This document shows positions 26,995-36,113 of a stretch of 64,000 nucleotides of DNA, piece after piece. The notes below the pieces were generated by a model. It was not told the DNA's origin, ran no database searches, and saw only the letters and a list, made by a program, of their open reading frames with translations. Position numbers and translations under genes: made by a program. Location of the stretch: NCBI GenBank assembly GCA_018303365.1, contig JAGVYI010000016.1, forward strand, positions 15,330-79,329, given 5' to 3'. Every line of letters begins with the position of its first letter. Position 1 is the first letter of the stretch. The stretch comes from Candidatus Woesearchaeota archaeon (GTDB lineage Archaea > Nanobdellota > Nanobdellia > SCGC-AAA011-G17 > JACPNG01).

Positions 26995-27441
26995 ATGCTT
27001 CGAAAGGTTCTGGCTATCTTTATTTTTCTTATTCCTTTTGCTCTTGCCCAGTTTAGCCCTCCGGTTTACATTACCAATCCTGATACTGGCGAGTGCCGCT
27101 ATTACTTTGCAGGGGATGCTGCTCATTTTAATCCCAGACCCGAGAATTTCACAGTTACTATAGGTCCTGTTAATGCTTTTTCAGATGTTCTTGAAGCCTG
27201 TACGGTCTACCATTGTATTTCTAGTGGAGGGGGCTTTGGTGTTTCTAAGGAGTGTATTTGTCCAAATAGGGGCATATTTGTTAATAATACCGGCTGCGTT
27301 GGAGGTAAAGAGGCGAATCCTATTGTTTCAGATAGCCCCTCTTTTGATTTTGGACGTATTGTTTTAGCTATTAGCTTAATTGTTAATGGATTTTTATTGT
27401 ACTTTCTTTTAAAGAGGAGGAAGACTTATCATCAACATTAA
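26995..27441 (+). CDS. Secreted Cys-containing protein with a C-terminal TM anchor and basic tail.
   Basis: Signal peptide MLRKVLAIFIFLIPFALAQ. C-terminus IVLAISLIVNGFLLYFLLKRRK. Confidence 0.5.
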   Translation: MLRKVLAIFIFLIPFALAQFSPPVYITNPDTGECRYYFAGDAAHFNPRPENFTVTIGPVNAFSDVLEACTVYHCISSGGGFGVSKECICPNRGIFVNNTGCVGGKEANPIVSDSPSFDFGRIVLAISLIVNGFLLYFLLKRRKTYHQH

Positions 27442-27542
27442 AAGAAAAGTATTCTAATTATCAAAATGACTATCTCTAGGGTTAAAGTCCTAATGATAAA
27501 GAAGCGAAATCTTTAATAATACTCTTCTTTTTTCTTAACTAT

Positions 27543-28172
27543 ATGATGACGATGCTGACTGGCTTTTTGCGTCGCCTTAGTTTTCTTTTTCGCCGTAGGC
27601 GTCATGTGAAGCTTGGTCTTTATGGACCACCAAACTCAGGGAAGACCACTCTTGCAAACCGCATATGTAAAGACTGGATTGGTGAGGAGATGGGCATTGC
27701 TTCACGTATTCCTCATGAAACAAGGGAAGTTGTTATTAAAGAGAAGATTGAAATGAAGTCGCGCGGGCGTTTTCTTAGTTTCAACTTGGTTGACACTCCC
27801 GGAATTGCAACCAAAATTGATTATGAAGATTTTCTCAAGTATAATATGAGTGCAAAGGATGCAAAACAACGGGCGAAAGAAGCAACAAAAGGTGTTATTG
27901 AGGCTATTAAGTGGCTTGATGACATGGATAGTGTAATTGTTGTACTTGACTCTACGAAGGATCCATATAGTCAAGTTAATTTAACAATTATTGGAAACCT
28001 TGCTGCCCGTGATATTCCTGTTCTTGTTGTTGGTAACAAGGTTGATGTGAGGAGTTCAAATCTGCGACGTATTCAGAATGCATTTCCACAATACAATATT
28101 ATTGGTATTAGTGCTTTAAGAGGCAAGAACATTGAGGCTTTTTATGAGGCTCTTTTTAAGCTTGTGCGATAG
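27543..28172 (+). CDS. Small Ras/Era-like GTPase (archaeal GTPase of the DUF2073/DUF2072 triad).
   Basis: G1 GPPNSGKT, G3 DTPG, G4 NKVD. Confidence 0.7.
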   Translation: MMTMLTGFLRRLSFLFRRRRHVKLGLYGPPNSGKTTLANRICKDWIGEEMGIASRIPHETREVVIKEKIEMKSRGRFLSFNLVDTPGIATKIDYEDFLKYNMSAKDAKQRAKEATKGVIEAIKWLDDMDSVIVVLDSTKDPYSQVNLTIIGNLAARDIPVLVVGNKVDVRSSNLRRIQNAFPQYNIIGISALRGKNIEAFYEALFKLVR

Positions 28173-28186
28173 GAGGTTGATGTACT

Positions 28187-28588
28187 GTGCTTACTTTACA
28201 ATTCATTCCACGTGCTGAGGTAGAACACCTTCCATCTTCTTCCAGAATTCGCAGACTCCTTGCTCTTGTGAAGGAAGATAAAATTGTCCTTCTTGAAGGG
28301 CGGCTAAGCCCTACTGAAGAGACAGAGCTTATTCAACGCACTATGGAAGATGTTTCAAAGGATTTTAAAGGTATTGAGCTTTGTACAATTTATCCTGGAA
28401 GCAGTCATAATGATAACCTTATCAGCAAACTGAGGCATAGCCTCATTGGTTTTCTTCTTGGTGACCGCCAGGGTCTTACAGTTATTGGGCCTGCTACAAT
28501 TATTAAAGAGATTCGTCGTGATCCTAATAAAGTTCAGGTTATTACAGAGAGTATTCGTCGCCGTAAGCGCCGAAACTCACGAAGGTAG
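28187..28588 (+). CDS. Conserved archaeal protein co-occurring with the GTPase (DUF2073-like).
   Basis: Position and size; a conserved partner in the archaeal GTPase/Zn-ribbon triad. The assignment is from memory of family organisation. Confidence 0.4.
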   Translation: MLTLQFIPRAEVEHLPSSSRIRRLLALVKEDKIVLLEGRLSPTEETELIQRTMEDVSKDFKGIELCTIYPGSSHNDNLISKLRHSLIGFLLGDRQGLTVIGPATIIKEIRRDPNKVQVITESIRRRKRRNSRR

Positions 28589-28590
28589 GT

Positions 28591-28968
28591 ATGCCTCACC
28601 AATGTGTTCGTTGTGGAAACCTGTATCCCGATGGTTCTTCCCAATTGCTTGAGGGTTGCAAATGCGGTGGGAAATTTTTCTTCTTTGTTAAAAAGCATGA
28701 GGTTGAAGAGGCAAAAGAGCTTGTTGCTACCCTTACGAAGAAAGACAAGGACACGATGGAGCAGGATGTTTATGATATTCTTGGGATTGAAGACCAGACC
28801 AAGCCTGTTATTTTGGATCTTGAATCAATCCGGGTTTTAAGCCCTGGCAAATACCAGCTTGATGTTGTTGAACTTTTCAAGGGAAAACCACTTGTTTACA
28901 GGCTTGAAGACGGGAAGTACATTATTGATCTTGCTTCAAGTTTCCGGCGTCAGCAGGCAGACCGCTGA
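28591..28968 (+). CDS. Zn-ribbon protein (DUF2072-like).
   Basis: CVRCGN...CKCGG is a C4 zinc ribbon. It is the third member of the triad. Confidence 0.45.
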   Translation: MPHQCVRCGNLYPDGSSQLLEGCKCGGKFFFFVKKHEVEEAKELVATLTKKDKDTMEQDVYDILGIEDQTKPVILDLESIRVLSPGKYQLDVVELFKGKPLVYRLEDGKYIIDLASSFRRQQADR

Positions 28969-30823
28969 TTTCACTAAAGAATCTTTTTATCCTTACTTCA
29001 GGGTATTTTGAAATTGTTATGTTCCATTCTTTTGGAAGATATTTTAAGTAATTTTGCCATGCGTACCTCTCATCAATAAACACAACAACCCCCTTGTCTT
29101 TTTTGCTTCTTATGCACCTTCCTGCTGCCTGGATAGTCTTTGTTATTGCCGGGACAGTGTAACCATATTCCCATCCTTTTTTGAACCTTTTATCATAGTA
29201 TTTTATGAGCTGTTCTGTTTCTAAGTCTGGCTTTCCTAACGGCAGGCCGACAATAAGCACTCCCTTTAGAAGATCTCCTGGAAGGTCAATCCCTTCTGCA
29301 TAGGACCCTGCATTTGACCCAAGGAGCACAGCCCCGATTTTCCTGTACCCTTTGAACTTTTCAATAAGCTCTTCTTTCTCTTCTTTTGTCATTCCCTGCT
29401 GTTCAAGAAGCATTGTCCTGTGGCAATGTTTTGTTAGCTCCTGATATACATCATCTCTTATCTGATAACTTGGGAAAAATACTGCACAGTTTCCATGTAT
29501 TTCTTTTATTATCTGTGATGTAAGCTGCCCTATCTCTTGATACATTTTTGTATTTCTCATGGAGTATTTTGTTGTTGTTTTTGGCACAACAATACTTAGC
29601 CTGTTCTTTTTTGGGAACGGGTCTTTGTATTCTTTTATTACCGCATTTATCCCAAGCAGGTCTGCGTACATCTTTGCTGGCTTTAGCGTTCCGCTTATTC
29701 CTATAATCATTGCCTGCGATGCTATTTTCTTTAGTAGCGGTGCTGGGTCAAGGCATCGGTAGGTGAGAGTGTACTGAGGCCTTTCTTTTCTATAGGTCCT
29801 CTGGAGAATGCGTGCAAATCCTTCATCTTCACCTCCCCATGTATTGAGAAACTCTGCCAGGGTCTTTGTAAAGCTTTTTTGTTTCAATTCAAGGGTCTGC
29901 TCTCCAACAAAGTCGAGGTCTCCTACTAGCTGGTCTTTGTTGCCTATCTTCTCTATTTTGTCTCCCCACTCACCTTTTTTTATGAGAACTTCATTTTTAT
30001 CAAGACCCAGCTTTTTACTCAGGTCTTCAAGCGCTAGCCCAATTTCTTTTACTGTCTCTGCTATCTCTTTGTAGCCTAAGGATTCACATTCTTTTCTTGC
30101 TGCTTCCAGGCTGAATGACGAGATGCTTATTGTAAGAAGGTCTCTTATCCTTGCAGGTAGGTTGTGCGCTTCATCTATTATAATTATTGCTTTTGTAAGG
30201 TCTTTACCTATCTTTCCAAGAAGGTTATTTCTTACGTTCTCGTTGAATATGTGGAAGTAATCTGCAATGATTATGTCCGAACTCTGTGCATGCATTGCTG
30301 TTATCTCGTAGGGGCATACTTTTTTTACCTTACACACTTCTTTTACTTTTTCAACGTCATTAGTATCTGTTTCTAATATTTTTAATACGCTTTTTGCGCT
30401 TGAAGACACCTTTCCTTTTTCCTTTAGGTTGCTGTAGAATTCACAGTCTTTTCTTTCTACAAGCGATGTGCAGTATTCACTAAACTCTGCAGCAGACAAA
30501 TCTGCCACTCCTGATTGCAGACACATCCATTTTTTTCCTATGAAATCTGCAACCTTTAATCTTGTACTGTGCCTTTGTTTTATTTTCTCTACTGTTTCCA
30601 GAACTATCTTATGCTGTGTGTGCCTGTTTGTAAGAAAGAAGACTGTCTTATTTTCCTTTTTTGCAACGGCAAGTGCTGGTGCCAGCGCTGCTGCTGTCTT
30701 TCCTATTCCTGTTGGCGCGTGAATCAGTATATGTTCTCTTTTCTCGAGCGCTTCTTTTATGTCCTGAATGAGCTGGAGCTGTGTTTCTCTTACTTTGCTA
30801 TGCGGAAAGAGAATATCATGCAT
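28922..30823 (-). CDS. xpd: XPD/Rad3-family 5'-3' DNA helicase with an FeS cluster.
   Basis: Walker A APTGIGKTAAAL, DEAH box IIIDEAHNL, and four FeS Cys (CLQ...C..C....CPYE). Confidence 0.8.
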   Translation of the reverse strand: MHDILFPHSKVRETQLQLIQDIKEALEKREHILIHAPTGIGKTAAALAPALAVAKKENKTVFFLTNRHTQHKIVLETVEKIKQRHSTRLKVADFIGKKWMCLQSGVADLSAAEFSEYCTSLVERKDCEFYSNLKEKGKVSSSAKSVLKILETDTNDVEKVKEVCKVKKVCPYEITAMHAQSSDIIIADYFHIFNENVRNNLLGKIGKDLTKAIIIIDEAHNLPARIRDLLTISISSFSLEAARKECESLGYKEIAETVKEIGLALEDLSKKLGLDKNEVLIKKGEWGDKIEKIGNKDQLVGDLDFVGEQTLELKQKSFTKTLAEFLNTWGGEDEGFARILQRTYRKERPQYTLTYRCLDPAPLLKKIASQAMIIGISGTLKPAKMYADLLGINAVIKEYKDPFPKKNRLSIVVPKTTTKYSMRNTKMYQEIGQLTSQIIKEIHGNCAVFFPSYQIRDDVYQELTKHCHRTMLLEQQGMTKEEKEELIEKFKGYRKIGAVLLGSNAGSYAEGIDLPGDLLKGVLIVGLPLGKPDLETEQLIKYYDKRFKKGWEYGYTVPAITKTIQAAGRCIRSKKDKGVVVFIDERYAWQNYLKYLPKEWNITISKYPEVRIKRFFSEISGLPADAGNLKQDQ

Positions 30824-30938
30824 TTTGTACTTTTTATTTTATTAGCTTATAAGCTTTTCATTTACCGGTCTTATATTAGTTATGGGGCTGTTCCAGACTT
30901 TATAAAGAAAGAATTCTTAGAAGAACACTGCCCAGTTT

Positions 30939-31592
30939 CTAAATAATCTCTACTTTTATACTTTCTTTTTCTACCAAACTCTTGAACTTTTCTGCATCTT
31001 CTTTTGACCCTATAATACTTCCATAGTGCATTGGTATTGCTATCTTTGGCTTTATTTTCTTTGTCGCCTCTGCTGCTTCTGCTGCGGTCATAACATATGT
31101 CCCGCTTACAGGGATAAGGAGGATGTCAATGTCAAGATTATTCATTTCTTCAATAAAATCACTATCACCACAGTGATAGATTCTCTTGCCATCTATTGTT
31201 ATAAGGTACCCGACCTTTTCATCTTCTTTTGGATGAAATGGTATCCCCTTGGACCTGAATTTGTTTGTATTGTATGCAGGATATGCCTCCACTTTTAGGC
31301 CTTCTATTCGGAGTTTACTTTTTGGTCTTACAATCTTCTTTTTGTTATTTTCATACCTCATTAGTTTACTCACACAATCCTGCGTTGCGACGATTACTGT
31401 ATTTTCCTTTACGATTTTATTGATGTCTTCAATACTGCAGTGGTCATAGTGCTCGTGGGTGATTAGAATTACATCTGCCTTTTCTTCTTTTTCTATTTTA
31501 AAAGGATCAATGTAGATTATTTTTCCTTCTTTACTTCTTATTTTAAAGCAGTCATGATTTATCCTTTCTATTTCTATTCCTAGGATGTTCAT
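30939..31592 (-). CDS. Metallo-beta-lactamase-fold hydrolase.
   Basis: HEHYDHC motif. Confidence 0.6.
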   Translation of the reverse strand: MNILGIEIERINHDCFKIRSKEGKIIYIDPFKIEKEEKADVILITHEHYDHCSIEDINKIVKENTVIVATQDCVSKLMRYENNKKKIVRPKSKLRIEGLKVEAYPAYNTNKFRSKGIPFHPKEDEKVGYLITIDGKRIYHCGDSDFIEEMNNLDIDILLIPVSGTYVMTAAEAAEATKKIKPKIAIPMHYGSIIGSKEDAEKFKSLVEKESIKVEII

Positions 31593-31630
31593 GCGATTTT
31601 TCTTTTTCTTCTATTTTAAAAGTTTCTTAT

Positions 31631-32182
31631 TCAGTAATCCCTTACTTCCCAGATAACTGCGTTTCTTCCCGGTATGTTTCCCAGACAGATTTCATAAGCA
31701 CTAAACTCAATAATGCAATCAGGAAACAGCTCTATTAGGGCCATCATGTCTTGGTAACTTGACGGTGTCAGAAACAGCTCTAACATCATTCTTGCTTTTA
31801 GCCCTTCCGCTCTTTTTCTAAAATTTCCTAGCGCTTCTCTCATTCCTACCTTATCTGTTGAATACTCTAGGAGATAATGGCGAATACTTGTCTCAAGCTC
31901 ACCTTGGAGTGTCAGTCTTCTATCTGGTGCACTTTCGTTAAATGTTATTAAATCTTTTTCAGCCCCCCTTTTTATTATTTCTTCTTGCCTTTGCCAAATT
32001 TTATCAAATGGGACTTCATATAACGCTTCTCCTCCACCCCCTTTTCCTTTGTACCTTATTGAGACACTTCCCGTATAGCCGCTTTTTACAATCTCTTTAA
32101 AAGAATCCCACATTCGAAGGTGATTGCCAAACATGCCCCCTTGCAGTAAACGATAGTTCTCTTCTTTTGTCTTTACTATCAT
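31631..32182 (-). CDS. Conserved hypothetical protein.
   Basis: ORF with no recognisable motif. Confidence 0.3.
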   Translation of the reverse strand: MIVKTKEENYRLLQGGMFGNHLRMWDSFKEIVKSGYTGSVSIRYKGKGGGGEALYEVPFDKIWQRQEEIIKRGAEKDLITFNESAPDRRLTLQGELETSIRHYLLEYSTDKVGMREALGNFRKRAEGLKARMMLELFLTPSSYQDMMALIELFPDCIIEFSAYEICLGNIPGRNAVIWEVRDY

Positions 32183-32295
32183 CTATTCCTGCCTTATTTT
32201 TTACTTTATATCTTTAAGGCTGTTTTATTGTATATTTAGGCTCCCTATTAAGGAATCACAGAAATTCTTTTATATATGTTAAATGGTCTCTTTTT

Positions 32296-32982
32296 ATGCC
32301 TACCTTGCTTCCAGATATGAGCCTTCAGCAATTTCAATTGTTTATCAAAGAAGTTTACGAGCTACCAAATAACCGTCAATTTGAATTGGCTGAAATGATC
32401 AACAATATCCAAAGATTTGCCATGCGCAGTTTAAAGGGCATACGTAAAGGCGACATTGACCGCACTAAAAAAAATCTACTTATCTCTTTCGGTTGGTTTA
32501 TGTCTACCCTTATTAGGTTGAAGATAGACCTTGAAGATGAAGTCTGGAAGCGTTTTCCTTATGTCTGTTCTTATTGTAACTCTTGCCCATGCTCCTGTAA
32601 AGAAATCAAACCTGAGCATCGCCGAGAAGTATCTTTTGATGCTTCAAAAAGACCAAAGAACCTTTCTGGTTTTCAAAGGATGTTTAATGAAATTTACCCT
32701 TCTTCTTTGCGCTCTCTTGACCATGCGGGGGTTCATCTTGCGGAAGAACTTGGTGAGTTCTCTGAGGCCTTATGGGCGTATCGCAGCAATCGTGCTCCTG
32801 AGACTTTTCAAGAAATTATGATGGAGGCTGCAGACTATTTTTCATGTTTGGTTGGAATCTTTAATTCCCTTCGTGTTAACCTTGCCTTTGAGCTTTCCAA
32901 CTTATTTCGAAATAACTGCCATGAGTGTCACAAAGCTCCATGCACCTGTAGTTTTGCAACCATACGGGCATACCGCTCATAG
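32296..32982 (+). CDS. MazG-like nucleotide pyrophosphohydrolase domain protein with a Cys cluster.
   Basis: AEELGEFSEAL...EAADYFSCL is an EExxE/D MazG-type motif. CSYCNSCPCSC is a Cys cluster. Confidence 0.35.
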   Translation: MPTLLPDMSLQQFQLFIKEVYELPNNRQFELAEMINNIQRFAMRSLKGIRKGDIDRTKKNLLISFGWFMSTLIRLKIDLEDEVWKRFPYVCSYCNSCPCSCKEIKPEHRREVSFDASKRPKNLSGFQRMFNEIYPSSLRSLDHAGVHLAEELGEFSEALWAYRSNRAPETFQEIMMEAADYFSCLVGIFNSLRVNLAFELSNLFRNNCHECHKAPCTCSFATIRAYRS

Positions 32983-33942
32983 CTTCTGGTTTACCCTCCA
33001 ACGCGGATTAATATCGATTTCTTCTGGATTTTTTGCATTCTCTTTTTCCTGCATAGCCTGCCAAGCAATCATTGCTGCTTGGTCTCCAGCATAGTACATT
33101 GGAACTGCCCTGCATGCAGCTTTTCTTTCTTTACACATTATATCCAGCATTGCGGTGAGCCTTTTATTTGCTGCTACCCCTCCAATTAACAAGAGTTCTT
33201 TTTTCCCTGTAAAAGCCATTGCCCGTTCTGTTATTTCTGTTAGCATTGCGAAGATGGTTTCTTGCATTGAATAGCAAAGGTCTTCTTTTTTTGCTCCTTT
33301 TTTATATAGGTTTGTTGCCTGCGTTACAATGCCAGAAAATGCTACATCCATACCCTTTACACTATATGTAAGCGGAATATACCTGCCTTTCTTTGCATAT
33401 TCTTCTATTTTTGGCCCATAAAGCGGTCCTTCGCCAAGGTCAATATTTCTTGCGAATTTGTCCAGGGCATTTCCAAGGCCCGTGTCCAGGGTCTCTCCGA
33501 GTATGTAATAGGTATCTTTTTCTTTGGTAATAAGCTGCGTGTTTGCTCCTGATACAAAGAGAAACAATGGGTCTTTTGCTTTTGTCAGAAGTGTACCGAT
33601 AGAGAGGTGCGCTCTTATGTGGTTTACTGGGATTATTTTTTTGTTGTACTTTTTTGCAATTTCTTTTGCAAGACTGACTCCTTGCAGCAAGCAGGGTGGC
33701 AGGCCTGGTCCAGCAGTTACTCCGATTATGTCTATTTCTTCTAGGGACATCTTTGCTTTTTCCAGTGTTTTTTTAAGAAGAGAATGTTTTTCAGTTTCGA
33801 AGACCTTTGCTGCTTCTTGAGGCACGATTCCGCCGGATTTTGTATGATAGATTATCCTTTCATCTGCTAGAAACCTGCCTTTTTCATTTACGATTGCAAT
33901 ACCAAAGGTATGTGCAGAGGATTCGATTGCCAAGACTTTCAT
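32977..33942 (-). CDS. kae1: tRNA N6-threonylcarbamoyladenosine synthase Kae1 (KEOPS catalytic subunit).
   Basis: MKVLAIESSAHTFGIAIV..., HxxH metal site (NHIRAHL), ASKH fold. Confidence 0.85.
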   Translation of the reverse strand: MKVLAIESSAHTFGIAIVNEKGRFLADERIIYHTKSGGIVPQEAAKVFETEKHSLLKKTLEKAKMSLEEIDIIGVTAGPGLPPCLLQGVSLAKEIAKKYNKKIIPVNHIRAHLSIGTLLTKAKDPLFLFVSGANTQLITKEKDTYYILGETLDTGLGNALDKFARNIDLGEGPLYGPKIEEYAKKGRYIPLTYSVKGMDVAFSGIVTQATNLYKKGAKKEDLCYSMQETIFAMLTEITERAMAFTGKKELLLIGGVAANKRLTAMLDIMCKERKAACRAVPMYYAGDQAAMIAWQAMQEKENAKNPEEIDINPRWRVNQKL

Positions 33943-35129
33943 TTTCTTGCTGCTATTTCAATAATATCTTTATGTTTTAATTTGTGCTCTTTTCCTATCA
34001 CCCTTTTTGTCCTTACATCAAACGCTTTTATGAAATTCTTTCCAAAATCTGTGTGAAGATGGTATGCAAAGTCAAGGGCTGTGCTTTCTTTTGGCAGAAG
34101 AAAACAATCCGGGAGTACATTTCCCTTGCTGTCTTCTAATTTGTTCATTCCCCCTGGGAAGACTGCGATGTATTCAAGAAGATTGAATACCGCTGTATTT
34201 AGCACTTCCTGTACACCTGTGCTTTTATACCTTGCTAATACTTCTTTTTTTATGAACTCAAGGGCTTCTTTCTGTTTTTCTGTTGGCTCTTTTCTTATGC
34301 TAAATTCTTCTTCTCCAGGTATATATTCTATTATTTCTTTTTTTGCTGCTTCTTTGAGAGCAAGCTCTGCTTCTGCGCTGCAAGGAACTATTTTATATTC
34401 CTTATTTTCCTGTTTTAGTTTTTGAATGTTTTTTTCTGAAGATTTTCTATCAATTTTATTTGCTGCAATAAGGATTGGTTTTGTTTTTTTTCTTAGGTTT
34501 ATTGCCAGAGCAACAAGGTCTTTTTCTTCCCAGGATAGTATATTCTTGTAGAGATTGAGCTCTCTTTGCGCTTCTTTTATATGCTCTTCAGTCACTTTTA
34601 ATCCTGAAAGCTGTTTTGCAAGGGCTTCTGCGAGTTCAAGTTGCTCCTGCTGGATTTTTCTTGCAAAGCGCTCCCACCCTTTTTTGAGAATCTCCAGATA
34701 CCACATATCGAGTTCGGTTTCTAGGAATAATATGTCCTTTATTGGTTCATATTCTCCATCCCCTATTGGCTCTCCCTGAGCATTGAGGCTTCCAGAGGCA
34801 TCTACTATATGGATAAGGACATCTGCTTGGCGAAGGTCATCAAGAAACTGGTTTCCTCTTCCCTTTCCTTTGTGAGCATCTGGCACAAGGCCTGCAACAT
34901 CAATGAGTTTTACCGGCACAAATCTATAGCTTCCAAGAACATACCCTTCTTTTGGGTTTGATGTCTTACTGAATTCTCTAGCAACATCTTCTACTTTTAC
35001 ATAAGCTACGCCCTCGTTTTTTTCTATTGTCGTAAATGGGTAATTTGCTATTTCAACTTCTGCGAGTGTTGCTGCTTTGAAAAATGTAGATTTTCCTGCT
35101 GATGGTTTTCCTACAAGACCTACTATCAT
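33939..35129 (-). CDS. Obg-family GTPase (YchF/DRG-like) with a C-terminal TGS domain.
   Basis: GLVGKPSAGKSTFF P-loop, DVAGLV. Its stop overlaps the Kae1 start (ATGA). Confidence 0.7.
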   Translation of the reverse strand: MIVGLVGKPSAGKSTFFKAATLAEVEIANYPFTTIEKNEGVAYVKVEDVAREFSKTSNPKEGYVLGSYRFVPVKLIDVAGLVPDAHKGKGRGNQFLDDLRQADVLIHIVDASGSLNAQGEPIGDGEYEPIKDILFLETELDMWYLEILKKGWERFARKIQQEQLELAEALAKQLSGLKVTEEHIKEAQRELNLYKNILSWEEKDLVALAINLRKKTKPILIAANKIDRKSSEKNIQKLKQENKEYKIVPCSAEAELALKEAAKKEIIEYIPGEEEFSIRKEPTEKQKEALEFIKKEVLARYKSTGVQEVLNTAVFNLLEYIAVFPGGMNKLEDSKGNVLPDCFLLPKESTALDFAYHLHTDFGKNFIKAFDVRTKRVIGKEHKLKHKDIIEIAARK

Positions 35130-35234
35130 GTGGTTGTTACTGCTTTAAGCGTTTTAAAAGGATTTTGCTTGGCTTTTGTGACTTCTTTTGCGTGTTGACG
35201 CATTTTTATAAAGACCAGCCCTTTTCTTGTTTTC

Positions 35235-35480
35235 ATGAAACGCACAACAAAGAAGAAAAACAGTGTTCCTCGTGCTGTTGCACCTGGTGCTGCTTCTAAA
35301 CCAAAAAGTTCTTGTTTTGCTTGTTGTGGCGGCAAAGGTGGCTACGTAATTATGGGCATCATCCTCCTTCTTTTAGCTTATGCGCTTTGGGTTGGGGTCT
35401 GGAATCTTACCCAAGTAGTTGCTCTTTTGCTTTTCCTCATGGCAATCAAGAAGTTTATTATGGTGGCTACCTGCCGCTAA
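35235..35480 (+). CDS. Possible small membrane protein.
   Basis: ORF with a basic N-terminus, a CFACCGG motif, and one TM helix. Confidence 0.2.
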   Translation: MKRTTKKKNSVPRAVAPGAASKPKSSCFACCGGKGGYVIMGIILLLLAYALWVGVWNLTQVVALLLFLMAIKKFIMVATCR

Positions 35481-35668
35481 TTTTTTATTTTTTCTATGTT
35501 ATTTTATTATTGAAAGGTTTAAAAATTTGGGTAATTCTATATTATTATTGTGAGAGATAAAATACTGCCCCAAATAATAGAAAAAGCAGGGTTTGATTTT
35601 CAGTGGAGCGCTGAAAGGGTTTGGGCTCTAAAATACCCTGTTGAAGATATGCATATCAAAGAATTAGA

Positions 35669-35962
35669 ATGGCATTTGAAATTCCTTTTTGGAATAGAAA
35701 AGATGGATTTTATGATTTAACACCAAACGAGGTTATTAATAACCCAGATAATTTTAAAGAGGAATATAGTAGAACCATGAAAGCAGATATGACTTATCCG
35801 ATAGATATCATGAAAAACAATGGAAGGTGGCTAATTTTAGATGGGTTGCATAGATTAGTTAAATCTAAGATTCTTGGTTATAGTAAAGTAAAGGTCAGGA
35901 AAATCCCGCGCTCAGAAGTTCCAAATATTGAAAAGCAGGGGCGATTTAAGAAACCTATTTAA
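35669..35962 (+). CDS. ParB/sulfiredoxin-like nuclease domain protein.
   Basis: WLILDGLHRLVKSKILGYSKVKV matches the ParB-box pattern h.L.DG.HR...A...G...V.V. An upstream frame (35531-35719) may encode a frameshifted N-terminus. Confidence 0.35.
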   Translation: MAFEIPFWNRKDGFYDLTPNEVINNPDNFKEEYSRTMKADMTYPIDIMKNNGRWLILDGLHRLVKSKILGYSKVKVRKIPRSEVPNIEKQGRFKKPI

Positions 35963-35987
35963 ATGTGGATTTTTGTTTCTTTTCTAA

Positions 35988-36108
35988 GGGCCCATAGCTT
36001 AGCCTGGAGATTTTCGGGCAATTGGAGCACCGGTCTTATACGACCACTTCCGGTATAAATTACCTCTAAGAAAGCCGGGGGTCCCCGGTTCAAATCCGGG
36101 TGGGCCCA
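35988..36108 (+). tRNA. tRNA-Ile (anticodon UAU) with a canonical 32-nt intron between positions 37 and 38, and about 14-15 extra nt in the D-loop (possible second intron).
   Basis: Acceptor GGGCCCA/TGGGCCC, T-arm CCCGG-TTCAAAT-CCGGG, anticodon stem CCGGT/GCCGG, loop CUUAUA|intron|A. A 4-bp BHB helix CUUA:UAAG is flanked by 3-nt bulges. Confidence 0.6.
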
Positions 36109-36113
36109 TTTTT

